Shown in pieces: positions 46,379-55,893 of a stretch of DNA of 64,000 bases. The stretch is taken from positions 60,385-124,384 of the forward strand of contig CAZDDU010000002.1 in NCBI GenBank assembly GCA_964504255.1, given 5' to 3'. A program made the position numbers and the translations under genes. The notes below the pieces were generated by a model. That model had not been told where the DNA came from. It did no database searches and was given only the letters and a program-made list of their open reading frames with translations. Numbering within the stretch: the first letter of the stretch is position 1; each line of letters opens with the position of its first letter. The stretch is from an uncultured Candidatus Saccharibacteria bacterium (GTDB taxonomy: Bacteria; Patescibacteriota; Minisyncoccia; Phycocordibacterales; Zambryskibacteraceae).

Positions 46379-47536
46379 TTAGCTAATCAAGTTTGCAAAG
46401 GAGGACAAGAGTAAAATTCTTTCGTCCTTAGACTCTTTGGCACTATTCTCCACCAACTCACGTGTAAAGGTGTTTGTGTCCCCAATAAGAATAATATTCT
46501 TGTCTGGGAAAACACTTTCCAAAAAAGTTTTCATCAGCTTTCCGAATTTTGGGTCAGTAACTAAGAAGATCGAGTAGGGTACCTCAGCGCTCTGCATGAT
46601 CTTTTGGCTGACGTCTGACCACATGTCTCTCCAGACTGTCTCATTCTCTGTAAGGATCCTGTCTATTGACTCAGTAGTGGTCTTGTCTAGAGCTCCTTCG
46701 GCGAAGAGAGTCAGGTAGGAGCTTGCTACCTCTCTTGGAATATTTAACTTCCCGGCTACGGCCTCAATAATTGACGCTGGACCGAATGGCAAGTTCGCAT
46801 TAAGAGCCAGGTTATTGTGTCTGAGGAACAAAACATCAGTTATATGAGTGGTCATGTTGATCAGAAGAGCCGAGTGTAGATTGTTGAAGGAGTGAGAAAG
46901 CACTTTATAGAAGACATACATGAAACTATGCATCACGACACCCTTCTTTAAAGCCAGAGTCCTAATTATCTGATCCTCAATTTTTGTTAGTAGGTCCTTG
47001 GTGGATGCACTAAGAATGAAGCTGATCTCAACCTCACTCACTTTCTCCGACTTCGGCTCTGATGCGGGGTAGCCGTTCATGTATAGGTCCATGACTGCAG
47101 ATTCGAAAATCTCGCTCTCCTCTGCAAAGCTCTCCTTCAAACTATTTTGGAAGATACTCTTCTCCTCGTTGATTACACCGAGCATAAACTTTTTATCAAA
47201 GACAAACTCTTCTTCCTTCTTGATCTCAACAGTCTTCAAATATGAGTCGACCCATGGTGAAGAGAAGGTAATGACAGCCTTGTCCACCCTAACCTTCTTC
47301 ATCAAAGAAACCTTCTTCACTATAAAGTCGAGAACTCCGCCAAGCGAAGTGAGCACAGCCTTGTCAGGTGAGAAGGACGCGTCCTTAACCTTGAAATTGT
47401 ACTCAGACTCGAAGGCCGTGAGCACTCGAGGCACCTTACCCTCGCTTGTAGCAACAAGTGCTCCGGAGGTAGAACCAGAGGAAATGTCGACGACTAGAAT
47501 ATTAAAGTCCTTTTTCCCACTAAACCAAGGTGACAT
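46379..47536 (-). CDS. Actin-fold ATPase (FtsA/PilM-like).
   Basis: The N-terminal phosphate-1 motif reads ILVVDISSGSTSG. A second ASKHA half reads LLINMTTHITDVLFL. Confidence 0.4.
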   Translation of the reverse strand: MSPWFSGKKDFNILVVDISSGSTSGALVATSEGKVPRVLTAFESEYNFKVKDASFSPDKAVLTSLGGVLDFIVKKVSLMKKVRVDKAVITFSSPWVDSYLKTVEIKKEEEFVFDKKFMLGVINEEKSIFQNSLKESFAEESEIFESAVMDLYMNGYPASEPKSEKVSEVEISFILSASTKDLLTKIEDQIIRTLALKKGVVMHSFMYVFYKVLSHSFNNLHSALLINMTTHITDVLFLRHNNLALNANLPFGPASIIEAVAGKLNIPREVASSYLTLFAEGALDKTTTESIDRILTENETVWRDMWSDVSQKIMQSAEVPYSIFLVTDPKFGKLMKTFLESVFPDKNIILIGDTNTFTRELVENSAKESKDERILLLSSFANLIS

Positions 47537-47559
47537 AACTCTATTGTAGCAAAGCTACA

Positions 47560-49275
47560 TTATAAAAGCGTTGCTTTGATGCGTCTAACTCCTGCTGACA
47601 CTGCTTCCTCTTTATCAATCTTGAACTTACCGAGTTCGCCAGTGTTCTTAACATGTGGCCCACCACAAAACTCTTTGGAGTAATCCCCTATCTTGTATAC
47701 CGAGACTTGGTCTGGATACTTCTGGTCGAAGAAGTGTAATGCACCCATCTTAACCGCATCATCTTTACTCATAACCAAGTTCTCCACCTGAATAGACTCC
47801 TCTATTTTACTATTTACTATTTCTTGGACTTTTTGTTTTTCCTCGTCTGTCATCTTTCGAGAGAAGGAGAAGTCGAACCGCAGTCTCTCTGGAGTAATGT
47901 TTGAACCCTTTTGACTTACATCATTACCCAAGACATCTCGAAGTGCTTGATGTAGTAAGTGTGTGGCAGTGTGGTACCTCACCTCAATCTCTGAGTGACC
48001 AGCAAGCCCACCCTTGAACTTCTCTACTGCTCCTGCGCGTGAGAGCTCTTGATGCTTCAAGAACTTTTGCTTGAAATCCTCTTCGTCTATTTCCATTCCC
48101 TTATCTTTCGCAAGTTCTTTAGTTAGCTCAAATGGGAATCCGTATGTTGTAAAGAGATCAAAAGGATCTGCACCTTTCTCAAACTGCTTGAGACCTTCTT
48201 TTAGAGTTTCCTTAAACTTGTTTATCTCAGTTTCAATAACATTTTTAGTAAGATCTCTATTCAAAACATAGGAACCATAAACAGGATGGTCAATTATAGT
48301 TTCTGATACCCTAATCAAATCAATCAAGTCCAAACCTAGTTTCTGTGCATGCACAAATGATCTTCTAAGCAACCTTCTCAAAATATAGCCTTGGTCAGTG
48401 TTTGAAGGTACAACTCCATCAGAAATTATAAAGACTGAAGCTCTTATATGATCAGCAATAATCCTTGATGACACATCGTTTGTTGTTTTGCCAAGCGTCT
48501 TAAATATAGGTCCAAATATATCTGTGTCATATGCAGTCTTCTTGCCTTGCATAACAGCAGTCATGCGCTCTAGGCCTGCACCTGTGTCGACATTCTTGCT
48601 CTTTAGCTTCTCTACAACCTTGCCATTCTCCTTCCTAAACTCCATGAAGACATCGTTCCATATCTCTACCAGTTCCTCTTTCTTCACTGCTTCTAAAAAC
48701 TTTTCTTTACTCAAATCACCTAAGCCGTCAGTAAGGTCGTAGAACATCTCTGTGTCTGGCCCACATGGACCATTCTCTCCAGCACTCCACCAATTATCTT
48801 CTGCACCTAATGCATAGATGCGATGCTCGGGTACACCTAAACTCATCCAAATTTTCTTTGATTCATCATCAAATGGTGCATCCTCATTACCCTCAAAGAC
48901 TGTGACATAGAGTTTATTCGGATCTAAGCCAAGACCTTCTTCTTTGGAAGTGAGGAACTCATAGCTCCACTTAATAGCATCTTCCTTGAAATAATCTCCG
49001 AGAGACCAGTTACCAAGCATTTCGAAGAAGGTGAAGTGTCTGTTGTCCCCCACATCGTCTAGGTCTCCTGTGCGAACACACTTCTGTACATCGACAAGAC
49101 GCTTGCCCTTAGGGTGTTCCTCACCAAGTAGGTAAGGCACTAGAGGATGCATACCAGCTGTAGTGAAGAGCACTGACGCATCATTCTCAGGTACAAGAGA
49201 TGCACTAGGGATCACAGCATGCCCCCGCTTCTCAAAAAAAGATAGAAACCGTCTCCTGATCTCGGTTGATTCCAT
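47560..49275 (-). CDS. alaS: Alanine--tRNA ligase, compact form (571 aa).
   Basis: The N-terminus reads EIRRRFLSFFEKRGHAVIPSASLVPENDASVLFTTAGM. The editing-site motifs HTATHLLH and CGGPHV are present despite the short length. Confidence 0.85.
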   Translation of the reverse strand: MESTEIRRRFLSFFEKRGHAVIPSASLVPENDASVLFTTAGMHPLVPYLLGEEHPKGKRLVDVQKCVRTGDLDDVGDNRHFTFFEMLGNWSLGDYFKEDAIKWSYEFLTSKEEGLGLDPNKLYVTVFEGNEDAPFDDESKKIWMSLGVPEHRIYALGAEDNWWSAGENGPCGPDTEMFYDLTDGLGDLSKEKFLEAVKKEELVEIWNDVFMEFRKENGKVVEKLKSKNVDTGAGLERMTAVMQGKKTAYDTDIFGPIFKTLGKTTNDVSSRIIADHIRASVFIISDGVVPSNTDQGYILRRLLRRSFVHAQKLGLDLIDLIRVSETIIDHPVYGSYVLNRDLTKNVIETEINKFKETLKEGLKQFEKGADPFDLFTTYGFPFELTKELAKDKGMEIDEEDFKQKFLKHQELSRAGAVEKFKGGLAGHSEIEVRYHTATHLLHQALRDVLGNDVSQKGSNITPERLRFDFSFSRKMTDEEKQKVQEIVNSKIEESIQVENLVMSKDDAVKMGALHFFDQKYPDQVSVYKIGDYSKEFCGGPHVKNTGELGKFKIDKEEAVSAGVRRIKATLL

Positions 49276-49290
49276 GGCGCTAATATAGCA

Positions 49291-49938
49291 CTAAATCAGT
49301 GTTTTCAGAACTTTGAAGTCCTCAAAAAGAGTGGGTTTAAGACTCTGGTTATATATAGCCGCAGCTGGATGGAAGAGAGGTACAAATCTGAAGCCTTTTG
49401 AGGAAATTAGCACTTTACCGTGTAGATCAGATATCGCCTGTATCTTCTCATCTAGTCCATAACGCCTCATCACATACTCCATAGAGAATCTGCCGAGTGT
49501 GGCGATCACCTTGGGCTTCATGCTCTCTATTTGTTCGTCTAAAAGTGGTCCGTAGAGCTCGATCTCCTCTGGCTTGGGGTCTCTATTTTTGGGAGGTCGA
49601 TCCTTAACAATGTTTGTTACATAAACACTATCTCTGTCCAAGCCAATAGACGAAAGTAGTTCGTTTAGCACTTGTCCTGCTCGGCCAACGAATGGACGAC
49701 CTGACTTTGCTTCCTTCTCACCAGGTGCCTCGCCAATAAACATTATTTTTGCAGCATTACTTCCCTCACCTATTACAGGGAAGTAACCTCCGACTCTTCG
49801 TAGGTCCGCCAACTCACCCCTCAAGTTCTGAAGCCTTTCTTCGATATTCACAGTGTTCACATTGTACTCCGGGCTTAGGTAACTTGTCTGTATCAATAGT
49901 TTTTCTAATTTTCTCCAATATTTCAGGTATCCAGTCAT
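49291..49938 (-). CDS. Family 4 uracil-DNA glycosylase.
   Basis: The GEAPGEKEAKSGRPFVGRAGQ motif is present. The start is probably downstream of the annotated Met. Confidence 0.8.
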   Translation of the reverse strand: MTGYLKYWRKLEKLLIQTSYLSPEYNVNTVNIEERLQNLRGELADLRRVGGYFPVIGEGSNAAKIMFIGEAPGEKEAKSGRPFVGRAGQVLNELLSSIGLDRDSVYVTNIVKDRPPKNRDPKPEEIELYGPLLDEQIESMKPKVIATLGRFSMEYVMRRYGLDEKIQAISDLHGKVLISSKGFRFVPLFHPAAAIYNQSLKPTLFEDFKVLKTLI

Positions 49939-50521
49939 CCTTACCTTTATAAGGGATTAAGGAGATTGCGAATTCAAGTTTACCGTCAAAGGACTTCTTG
50001 TCTCTCTTGCCATTCACATACACAAAGTAGCCAGTGTCAGACACCTTGAAGCCGTTCTGGCGAAGTAGCCACTGATAAATCTCCATCTGTCTTCTGTACT
50101 GATCATGCCATATGGAATCATCTAGGTCTCTGATCTCTTTATCTTTAGAAGTGGCCTTGTAGTCGACAACAATGAGTTCGTCGTCATCATTCTTCCAGAT
50201 ATCATCCACTGCACCGAAAACAAATAAGTTACTTTCCTTGTGTAAATGTTGTACACCGGTGAAGTTGTGTCTCCAGGTCTCCATTTTCTCGTGTTGGAAC
50301 GGTATTGCCTTAACCTTATAGTGCTTGAGAAGTGGATGGATACTTTGTGCCTCTCTATGAATATCAAATTCTTTTTTTAGCAGGTGATCAACTGCGTTGT
50401 TTAGAGTAAAGGAAGGCATAGAGGGTCGCTTAACACCCTTTACCACGTCGAGATAAAAGCACCTCGGGCACATGGTGAAGAGATCGATCTTGGAACGGGA
50501 GACCTTCTTTACCTCACTCAT
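49814..50521 (-). CDS. Cas4-like PD-(D/E)xK nuclease with an N-/C-terminal Cys staple (Fe-S).
   Basis: CPRC at the N-terminus and CEHC at the C-terminus. Motif II is GAVDD. Motif III is VVDYK. The QhxxY motif reads QMEIYQW. Confidence 0.7.
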   Translation of the reverse strand: MSEVKKVSRSKIDLFTMCPRCFYLDVVKGVKRPSMPSFTLNNAVDHLLKKEFDIHREAQSIHPLLKHYKVKAIPFQHEKMETWRHNFTGVQHLHKESNLFVFGAVDDIWKNDDDELIVVDYKATSKDKEIRDLDDSIWHDQYRRQMEIYQWLLRQNGFKVSDTGYFVYVNGKRDKKSFDGKLEFAISLIPYKGKDDWIPEILEKIRKTIDTDKLPKPGVQCEHCEYRRKASELEG

Positions 50522-50952
50522 TTTTTCCTAGTAATGAAATGCTCAAGTGTCCATAGGAGGGTGAAGACAATAAGAGTAATAAAGGTGGTGAAGATGGCGA
50601 GCCCAACTTGGCCGAAGCCGACTGCCATACCTATACCAGCTGAGACCCAGAGGCCGGCTGCTGTAGTGAGTCCAGTAAGTTCGTGATTTTGGAAAATAAT
50701 TACCCCTCCACAAAGGAAGCCTATTCCCATGATGATACCTGCTGCAGTACGCATAGGGTCTAGGTTGACCATACCACTGTCTGCCAAGACGAGTTGAGAG
50801 AGGATAACAAAGAGGCACGAGCCCATAGAGACGAGACCATATGTACGCATCCCAGCTGTCTTGTGGGCAATGGTTCTCTCAAGTCCGATGATTACCCCAA
50901 GGGCGAGTGCTATCAAAAGATGCCAGTACTGTGGAGCTAGTGCTTCTGTCAT
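50518..50952 (-). CDS. MgtC/SapB-family membrane protein.
   Basis: 144 aa, 4 TM helices, an MgtC N-domain pattern. Confidence 0.75.
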   Translation of the reverse strand: MTEALAPQYWHLLIALALGVIIGLERTIAHKTAGMRTYGLVSMGSCLFVILSQLVLADSGMVNLDPMRTAAGIIMGIGFLCGGVIIFQNHELTGLTTAAGLWVSAGIGMAVGFGQVGLAIFTTFITLIVFTLLWTLEHFITRKK

Positions 50953-51647
50953 TGTAATTGTTCTATATGTTTTTTAAATATTAAATCAAGCAATTCGGGA
51001 TTCTCTTCTATCATATCTTGCAAGTTGCCTTGCTCGGGATAGTTCCATCCTATCATGGTGAGCTTCTGACAAAGACCGTAGTGAAGTGCTGTTGAGGAAA
51101 ACTTGGTGTTAGTAATAAGCCACCCTTCATCTAACTTTCTATCCCTGCCGCCATAATGATGCATGTTGTCCTTCAAATCGTCGAAGCGAGCCTTAACATA
51201 CAGAGCTACCTTGAGATCAGACTTGATACCAAGACCGTTGTGGAACTTGGCCTCAACCATGACGAGCTTCTCGTCGTTCCAAGCTACGACGTCCATCTCG
51301 TGAGGTACACAACCTCCAAGTACTGTCTGTCTAGTGAGAGTTTCAAAACCCTTAGTTTTAAGCACCTCTGCTACGAAATCTTCGAAGGGGAACCCTGTCG
51401 GTCCCATATCAAGGAGTGCTCGCCTTACAGAATATCTCTGTGCCACTGGCCTCTGCATCTCTACAAGATGCTTGAAGGCGCTCTTGTATATCTCTCGAGT
51501 TGTCATGCCCTCGCGAAGCTCGTTCATCACGAGAGCTATCACTGCGTCTGCTGCCTCCTCACTAGCCCTCGCTCTAATTAGCGAGGTTCTGAGTTTGGAT
51601 GGGTTGAAGGTCTCTCTTGTCCCATCTGCCTTAATAATGTCTGTCAT
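50949..51647 (-). CDS. ATP-cone domain fused to an Mrr-like restriction endonuclease (PD-(D/E)xK) domain.
   Basis: The N-terminus IIKADGTRETFNPSKLRTSLIRA is an ATP-cone. The C-terminus EMDVVAWNDEKLVMVEAKF has the E-x-D...E-x-K pattern. Confidence 0.65.
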   Translation of the reverse strand: MTDIIKADGTRETFNPSKLRTSLIRARASEEAADAVIALVMNELREGMTTREIYKSAFKHLVEMQRPVAQRYSVRRALLDMGPTGFPFEDFVAEVLKTKGFETLTRQTVLGGCVPHEMDVVAWNDEKLVMVEAKFHNGLGIKSDLKVALYVKARFDDLKDNMHHYGGRDRKLDEGWLITNTKFSSTALHYGLCQKLTMIGWNYPEQGNLQDMIEENPELLDLIFKKHIEQLQ

Positions 51648-52706
51648 TTAGGCAATTATAGCACCCCCAAGGCATCTCTCTCCAGAGTAAAATACTATGG
51701 ACTGGCCCGAATCAACTGTCTGAGGCTCTAGGAACTTCACAGTGTTTTTTTCTAGACTTATTTTGAATCTTGATTGTCGGTACCTGATTCTTGCCTCTAC
51801 ATTTGTAGATAGATTGTTGGAAACTAGATTTTGTCTCTCTACACTTACCTCTCCTGACTTGCTCTTGAGTATATCCTCATCATTGTTTGACACAGTAATA
51901 GTGTTTTCCTTTATGTTCTTACTTACAACATAATATGGTTTAGAATCAGAACTCTTCTCGTTTATATCGAAGCCATGCCTCTCGCCCAGAGTATAGTAGA
52001 GCGCCCCAGTATGGGAGCCAATAATATTGCCCTTAGTATCAAGCACACTCCCAGGCTTCGTCTCAATGTAGTGTGAGAGGAACTCTTCAATGTCCACATC
52101 TCCAATAAAACATATTCCCTGACTGTCCTTCTTCTCTGCGGTATGAAGGCCGTACTTCTTAGCAATCCTTCTCACTTCATCCTTCTTAAGATGCCCTATG
52201 GGGAAAAGCACATGCTCTAAGTCACTCTTGGTCAACGTCCAAAGGAAGTAACTCTGATCCTTCTCCTTATCCACTCCTTCATATAATTCGTTGTCAATAT
52301 TCCGAGCATAGTGGCCAGTGGCTATGTAGTCAGCACGCATGGCCTTAGCCTTGTCCCAAAAGGCACCAAACTTCACCTCACGATTGCACATGACATCTGG
52401 GTTTGGAGTTTTACCCTTTCTGTACTCTTCTATCATGTAATCAGCAACACCTTTCTTGTACTCATCTTCAAAGTCGAAGAACAGGAATGGGATGTTGAGC
52501 TTTGCTGCCACTCTCATAGCATCTCTCCTTTCATCTCTCCAAGTGCATGGCAAAAAGTCCGGTTGCCAAACCTTTATAAATACTCCAGTGACGTCGTACC
52601 CCTGCTCCATAAGTAGTGCGGCCGAAACAGCTGAGTCCACTCCGCCAGAGAGTCCTGCAAAGACTCTACCCTTAGAGGTATTTCTTGATATTTTGGATGT
52701 GTTCAT
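51648..52706 (-). CDS. mnmA: tRNA-specific 2-thiouridylase MnmA.
   Basis: The PP-loop reads GLSGGVDSAV. Catalytic Cys residues are present. The start is taken at M14 of the ORF. Confidence 0.88.
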   Translation of the reverse strand: MNTSKISRNTSKGRVFAGLSGGVDSAVSAALLMEQGYDVTGVFIKVWQPDFLPCTWRDERRDAMRVAAKLNIPFLFFDFEDEYKKGVADYMIEEYRKGKTPNPDVMCNREVKFGAFWDKAKAMRADYIATGHYARNIDNELYEGVDKEKDQSYFLWTLTKSDLEHVLFPIGHLKKDEVRRIAKKYGLHTAEKKDSQGICFIGDVDIEEFLSHYIETKPGSVLDTKGNIIGSHTGALYYTLGERHGFDINEKSSDSKPYYVVSKNIKENTITVSNNDEDILKSKSGEVSVERQNLVSNNLSTNVEARIRYRQSRFKISLEKNTVKFLEPQTVDSGQSIVFYSGERCLGGAIIA

Positions 52707-53553
52707 CAAGGGTCCTAGCATAATGCGTCTTGCCTTCTTTGTCACTGATGAAGTAGAGATATGGTGAGGTCTTAGGATTGAGAGCTGCTTCTATCGAAAC
52801 AAGTCCTGGGTTATTAATAGATCTCTCGGGCAAACCAGGTTCTTCGTAAGTAATGGGGGCTGAATCCACTTGGAGTGCCATACCTATTGAGAGCCTCTTC
52901 CAGAGAATGCCCGAAACAATCTCTTTATCCTCTTTGGTTTGCACTTCGCCCTCGATAAGTGAGGCCATAATAATAATTTCTTCCATTGTATGTTTCGAAG
53001 AATCTAACTGTTCTTGTACTGAATGAATTTTGTCTTCGAAATTTCTATTCAATATTTCTATTACATCTTCTGCTCTTGCACTAACTTTCACAAAGTAAGT
53101 ATCAGGAAAAAGATATTGATCTAATGAAAGAGTCAAAAACTTTTTATCATCAAATAATGGGAACTCCTCGTCAAATAGATCTGCAATTTCTTGGTTACTG
53201 AAGCCTTCTGGTATTGTAACCTTCACCTCATCTATGTTGTGCTTGCCCTGCACCACTCGCCGAGCAAGACTCAAGCTACTCTCCCTGTAGTGTAGATAAT
53301 AATCCCCCGCCTTAACTCCAGACTGTGTTCCCAGAAGAGCAACAAATACTTTGAACAGTGACTTTGATCTAATGACTTCAGTAGATTCCAGTGATTCGCT
53401 TACTTGATTTAGAGTGAACCCTTTCTCAACACTTATAATACTGTGTTCAGGAAAATTACTAGGTGCGGAGATAATGTGAGCGGAGAAAATTACAAACAAA
53501 AAAAGACCCACGATCAAATATATTTCTCTGTCTCGAAGAATTTCTTTCATCAA
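52672..53553 (-). CDS. mltG: Endolytic transglycosylase MltG (YceG-like).
   Basis: An N-terminal TM helix and a YceG domain. 293 aa. Confidence 0.8.
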   Translation of the reverse strand: MMKEILRDREIYLIVGLFLFVIFSAHIISAPSNFPEHSIISVEKGFTLNQVSESLESTEVIRSKSLFKVFVALLGTQSGVKAGDYYLHYRESSLSLARRVVQGKHNIDEVKVTIPEGFSNQEIADLFDEEFPLFDDKKFLTLSLDQYLFPDTYFVKVSARAEDVIEILNRNFEDKIHSVQEQLDSSKHTMEEIIIMASLIEGEVQTKEDKEIVSGILWKRLSIGMALQVDSAPITYEEPGLPERSINNPGLVSIEAALNPKTSPYLYFISDKEGKTHYARTLDEHIQNIKKYL

Positions 53554-54791
53554 ATAGGTAGGTTCGCTGGAGCCTCGGCCTTCTTCGAAGGAATACGGGT
53601 AAGGGTTGGAGTACCAGCTACTTCGCCTGGGAAGTGGAATACGGTAGCGATCTCCTCTGTAGTGAGAATGAATGGCTTGCCTCCAATGTGCTTGAATGGT
53701 AATTCGAAGTAAGAGCGCCTCTTGTAGGCTTCGAGGAGTTCTCTTTCGTTATTGGCCTTTTTCTTGCCGAATGGATCTTGCCAAGGATAGTCGTAACCTG
53801 CACCGAAGCTTGGCCTAAATCCGTTCAAAGCATTTGACCCAAATTGGGTAATAGATCCAATGACTCCGCCAATGTTCGCTGGGTTGAAGGCGTCCTTCTC
53901 AGCAATATAAGCGGCTCTAATGGCGGTGTCGAAGGCAAGCTTCCCAGTTGTTCTCTCGATAGCCTTAACCAAATCCTTCTGACCCTCAGACATGTGTTGA
54001 CCACTAACGTTCTTCTCTTCCGCTGACTTGAAGCGTCCTTCTTTGAGAATTTTAGCAATCTCCTTCTCTACATCCTTCTTCCAATCTGGTTTAACCACTA
54101 TGCGACCGAGTTTTAATCCTTCCTTGGCATGTCCGCGAATCAAAATTTGTATCCACGCTTGCTCACCCTTCTTAAGTGAGCCTAAGTACTCTATGACTGA
54201 AACCATTGGATCTATTTTAAATTCTTCCTTAGGATCCTTGTCTAAACCATAATCAACATATGTCTTTATAGGATAAGCGTCTGGCTTAGTCAGAGTAAAC
54301 TGGCCAAAGTAACCGATACTCAACTTTTCTGGATTTCTCTTTACAGACATCGAGTAATCCTCCGCCTCATGTATCTCAATGTTTGGGAACTGAGCGTAAA
54401 GCTGTGCCTCGACTCGTGCCCTAAAGCCTTTATGCATCCAAATGAAGAACTTCACTGCACCACCAATAGATACAAGTTCCAACGAAAACCACGGTCTCAC
54501 CCTACCCTTCATATACACATCTATAAGAGTGCCGGCACTTGTCTGGTGCAAGTGGTTCAAGAAGAGTTCCATCGCTAATGGCGACTTCATTTGTTCTCTA
54601 GGTAGCTTAACTTCAAGAAGCACGCTGCCTTGTGACGCTATCCATTCGCGCCTCTTCAGATTCATCCAAATATCAAATGCAATTGTTATCAAAACAATAG
54701 GTATCCACACTGGTGCGGAGACATAAAGCACGTCTAGTATCTTAAGATAAAAACTTGGGTTCCTGAGTAAGTCGAAGAACTCTTCTAGCAT
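53550..54791 (-). CDS. Membrane-anchored hypothetical protein (413 aa).
   Basis: One N-terminal TM helix. No recognisable domain. An ATGA overlap links it to mltG. Confidence 0.5.
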   Translation of the reverse strand: MLEEFFDLLRNPSFYLKILDVLYVSAPVWIPIVLITIAFDIWMNLKRREWIASQGSVLLEVKLPREQMKSPLAMELFLNHLHQTSAGTLIDVYMKGRVRPWFSLELVSIGGAVKFFIWMHKGFRARVEAQLYAQFPNIEIHEAEDYSMSVKRNPEKLSIGYFGQFTLTKPDAYPIKTYVDYGLDKDPKEEFKIDPMVSVIEYLGSLKKGEQAWIQILIRGHAKEGLKLGRIVVKPDWKKDVEKEIAKILKEGRFKSAEEKNVSGQHMSEGQKDLVKAIERTTGKLAFDTAIRAAYIAEKDAFNPANIGGVIGSITQFGSNALNGFRPSFGAGYDYPWQDPFGKKKANNERELLEAYKRRSYFELPFKHIGGKPFILTTEEIATVFHFPGEVAGTPTLTRIPSKKAEAPANLPI

Positions 54792-54810
54792 CCCTTTATT
54801 TTACCTCAAA

Positions 54811-55848
54811 TTAGGCAATGTTGTAACGACCTTCTTTGTCCTTCTTGAAATACTTTGGGTTTTGAAGATTAACCATAATAGTATTTTCCTTCACGTATCG
54901 TTCTTTGAGAACTTTCTTGATTATGTCTTCCTTAGTTAGAGGTCCGTTCTTATCAATGATCTTCTTGATCACATCCTTTACAACACCAGACATATAACCC
55001 CACTCAGCAAGTGCATAGAGACCTCGACCTACAAGGACGAATCGTGGATCCTTGATAAGTTCGTTATGAGTAGTAGCTACATGTGCCTTCTTGTTGAAAT
55101 ATTGCGAAATTGCCTTAGCCACCTCCTTGAAGTGGATCGGTGAGCCATGCTTCCTGATAACGAGGAAAGCGTAGTCACGCATGCCCTTAGCATTAACATT
55201 TGGAGAGTCGGTACGACCCCACTCACCAAGAGGATTCTTGCCGATCTTGTTTGATATTGAGAGCCAACGCTTGATGACTTCATCGTTCTTGTACTTGTCG
55301 TTCATGTCCTTAACCTCCTCCAAGAAATCATCAATAAGGTCAGCCTCAAGAACCAGCTCGTCATCTGAGAGCTTTGAATAAAGCTTCCTTAGTGATGCAT
55401 GAATACGCTTGGATAAATCTGAGTCCACATGCCAGCGATGCTTGAACTCCTCGTCCTCCTTCTCACGCATAAATTCCTCACCAGCAACGAGTAGAAAGTG
55501 AATGTGGTTCTGACCAGACTCATCCTTCGCAAGATGCTTTAGGAGATCCTTCTCAGACACAAGACCTCCAAGTTCTACTACTACAGCCTTAAGCTCATCA
55601 AACACAACCTGCTCCGACTTGTACTCCTTAGACTTCCTTATAAGCGAGAGAGAGTGGTTCTCGATCTGTCTAACTCTTTCGCGAGTAATACCGTATTTCT
55701 TGCCTATCGCATCGAGAGTCATGCGAATAGATTTTGCCCCAAGACCGTAACGATTTTCGACCACATCAGCTCCTCTTTTATTGAGGACAGAAAGGAGGCG
55801 TTTGGTAACCGCCTTTGGTTTAAAGCTTAATGTGATCTTTTCGCTCAT
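54811..55848 (-). CDS. Protein with an N-terminal sigma-70 region-4 HTH and a C-terminal HARE-HTH (RpoE-delta-like).
   Basis: The N-terminus reads ENRYGLG...MTLDAIGKKYGITRERVRQIENHSL. The C-terminus reads HFKEVAKAI...RFVLVGRGLYALAEWGY. Confidence 0.7.
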   Translation of the reverse strand: MSEKITLSFKPKAVTKRLLSVLNKRGADVVENRYGLGAKSIRMTLDAIGKKYGITRERVRQIENHSLSLIRKSKEYKSEQVVFDELKAVVVELGGLVSEKDLLKHLAKDESGQNHIHFLLVAGEEFMREKEDEEFKHRWHVDSDLSKRIHASLRKLYSKLSDDELVLEADLIDDFLEEVKDMNDKYKNDEVIKRWLSISNKIGKNPLGEWGRTDSPNVNAKGMRDYAFLVIRKHGSPIHFKEVAKAISQYFNKKAHVATTHNELIKDPRFVLVGRGLYALAEWGYMSGVVKDVIKKIIDKNGPLTKEDIIKKVLKERYVKENTIMVNLQNPKYFKKDKEGRYNIA

Positions 55849-55876
55849 ATAGCTTCACCTATTTGTATCACCCCCT

Positions 55877-55893
55877 TGACATAGTGTCAAGCC
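55877..55893. promoter_or_regulatory. Palindrome CTTGACAtagTGTCAAG overlapping the -35 of the sigma4-HARE gene promoter.
   Basis: A perfect 7-bp inverted repeat. On the minus strand it reads TTGACA-17-TACAAA, then AGGTGA, then ATG. Confidence 0.35.
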
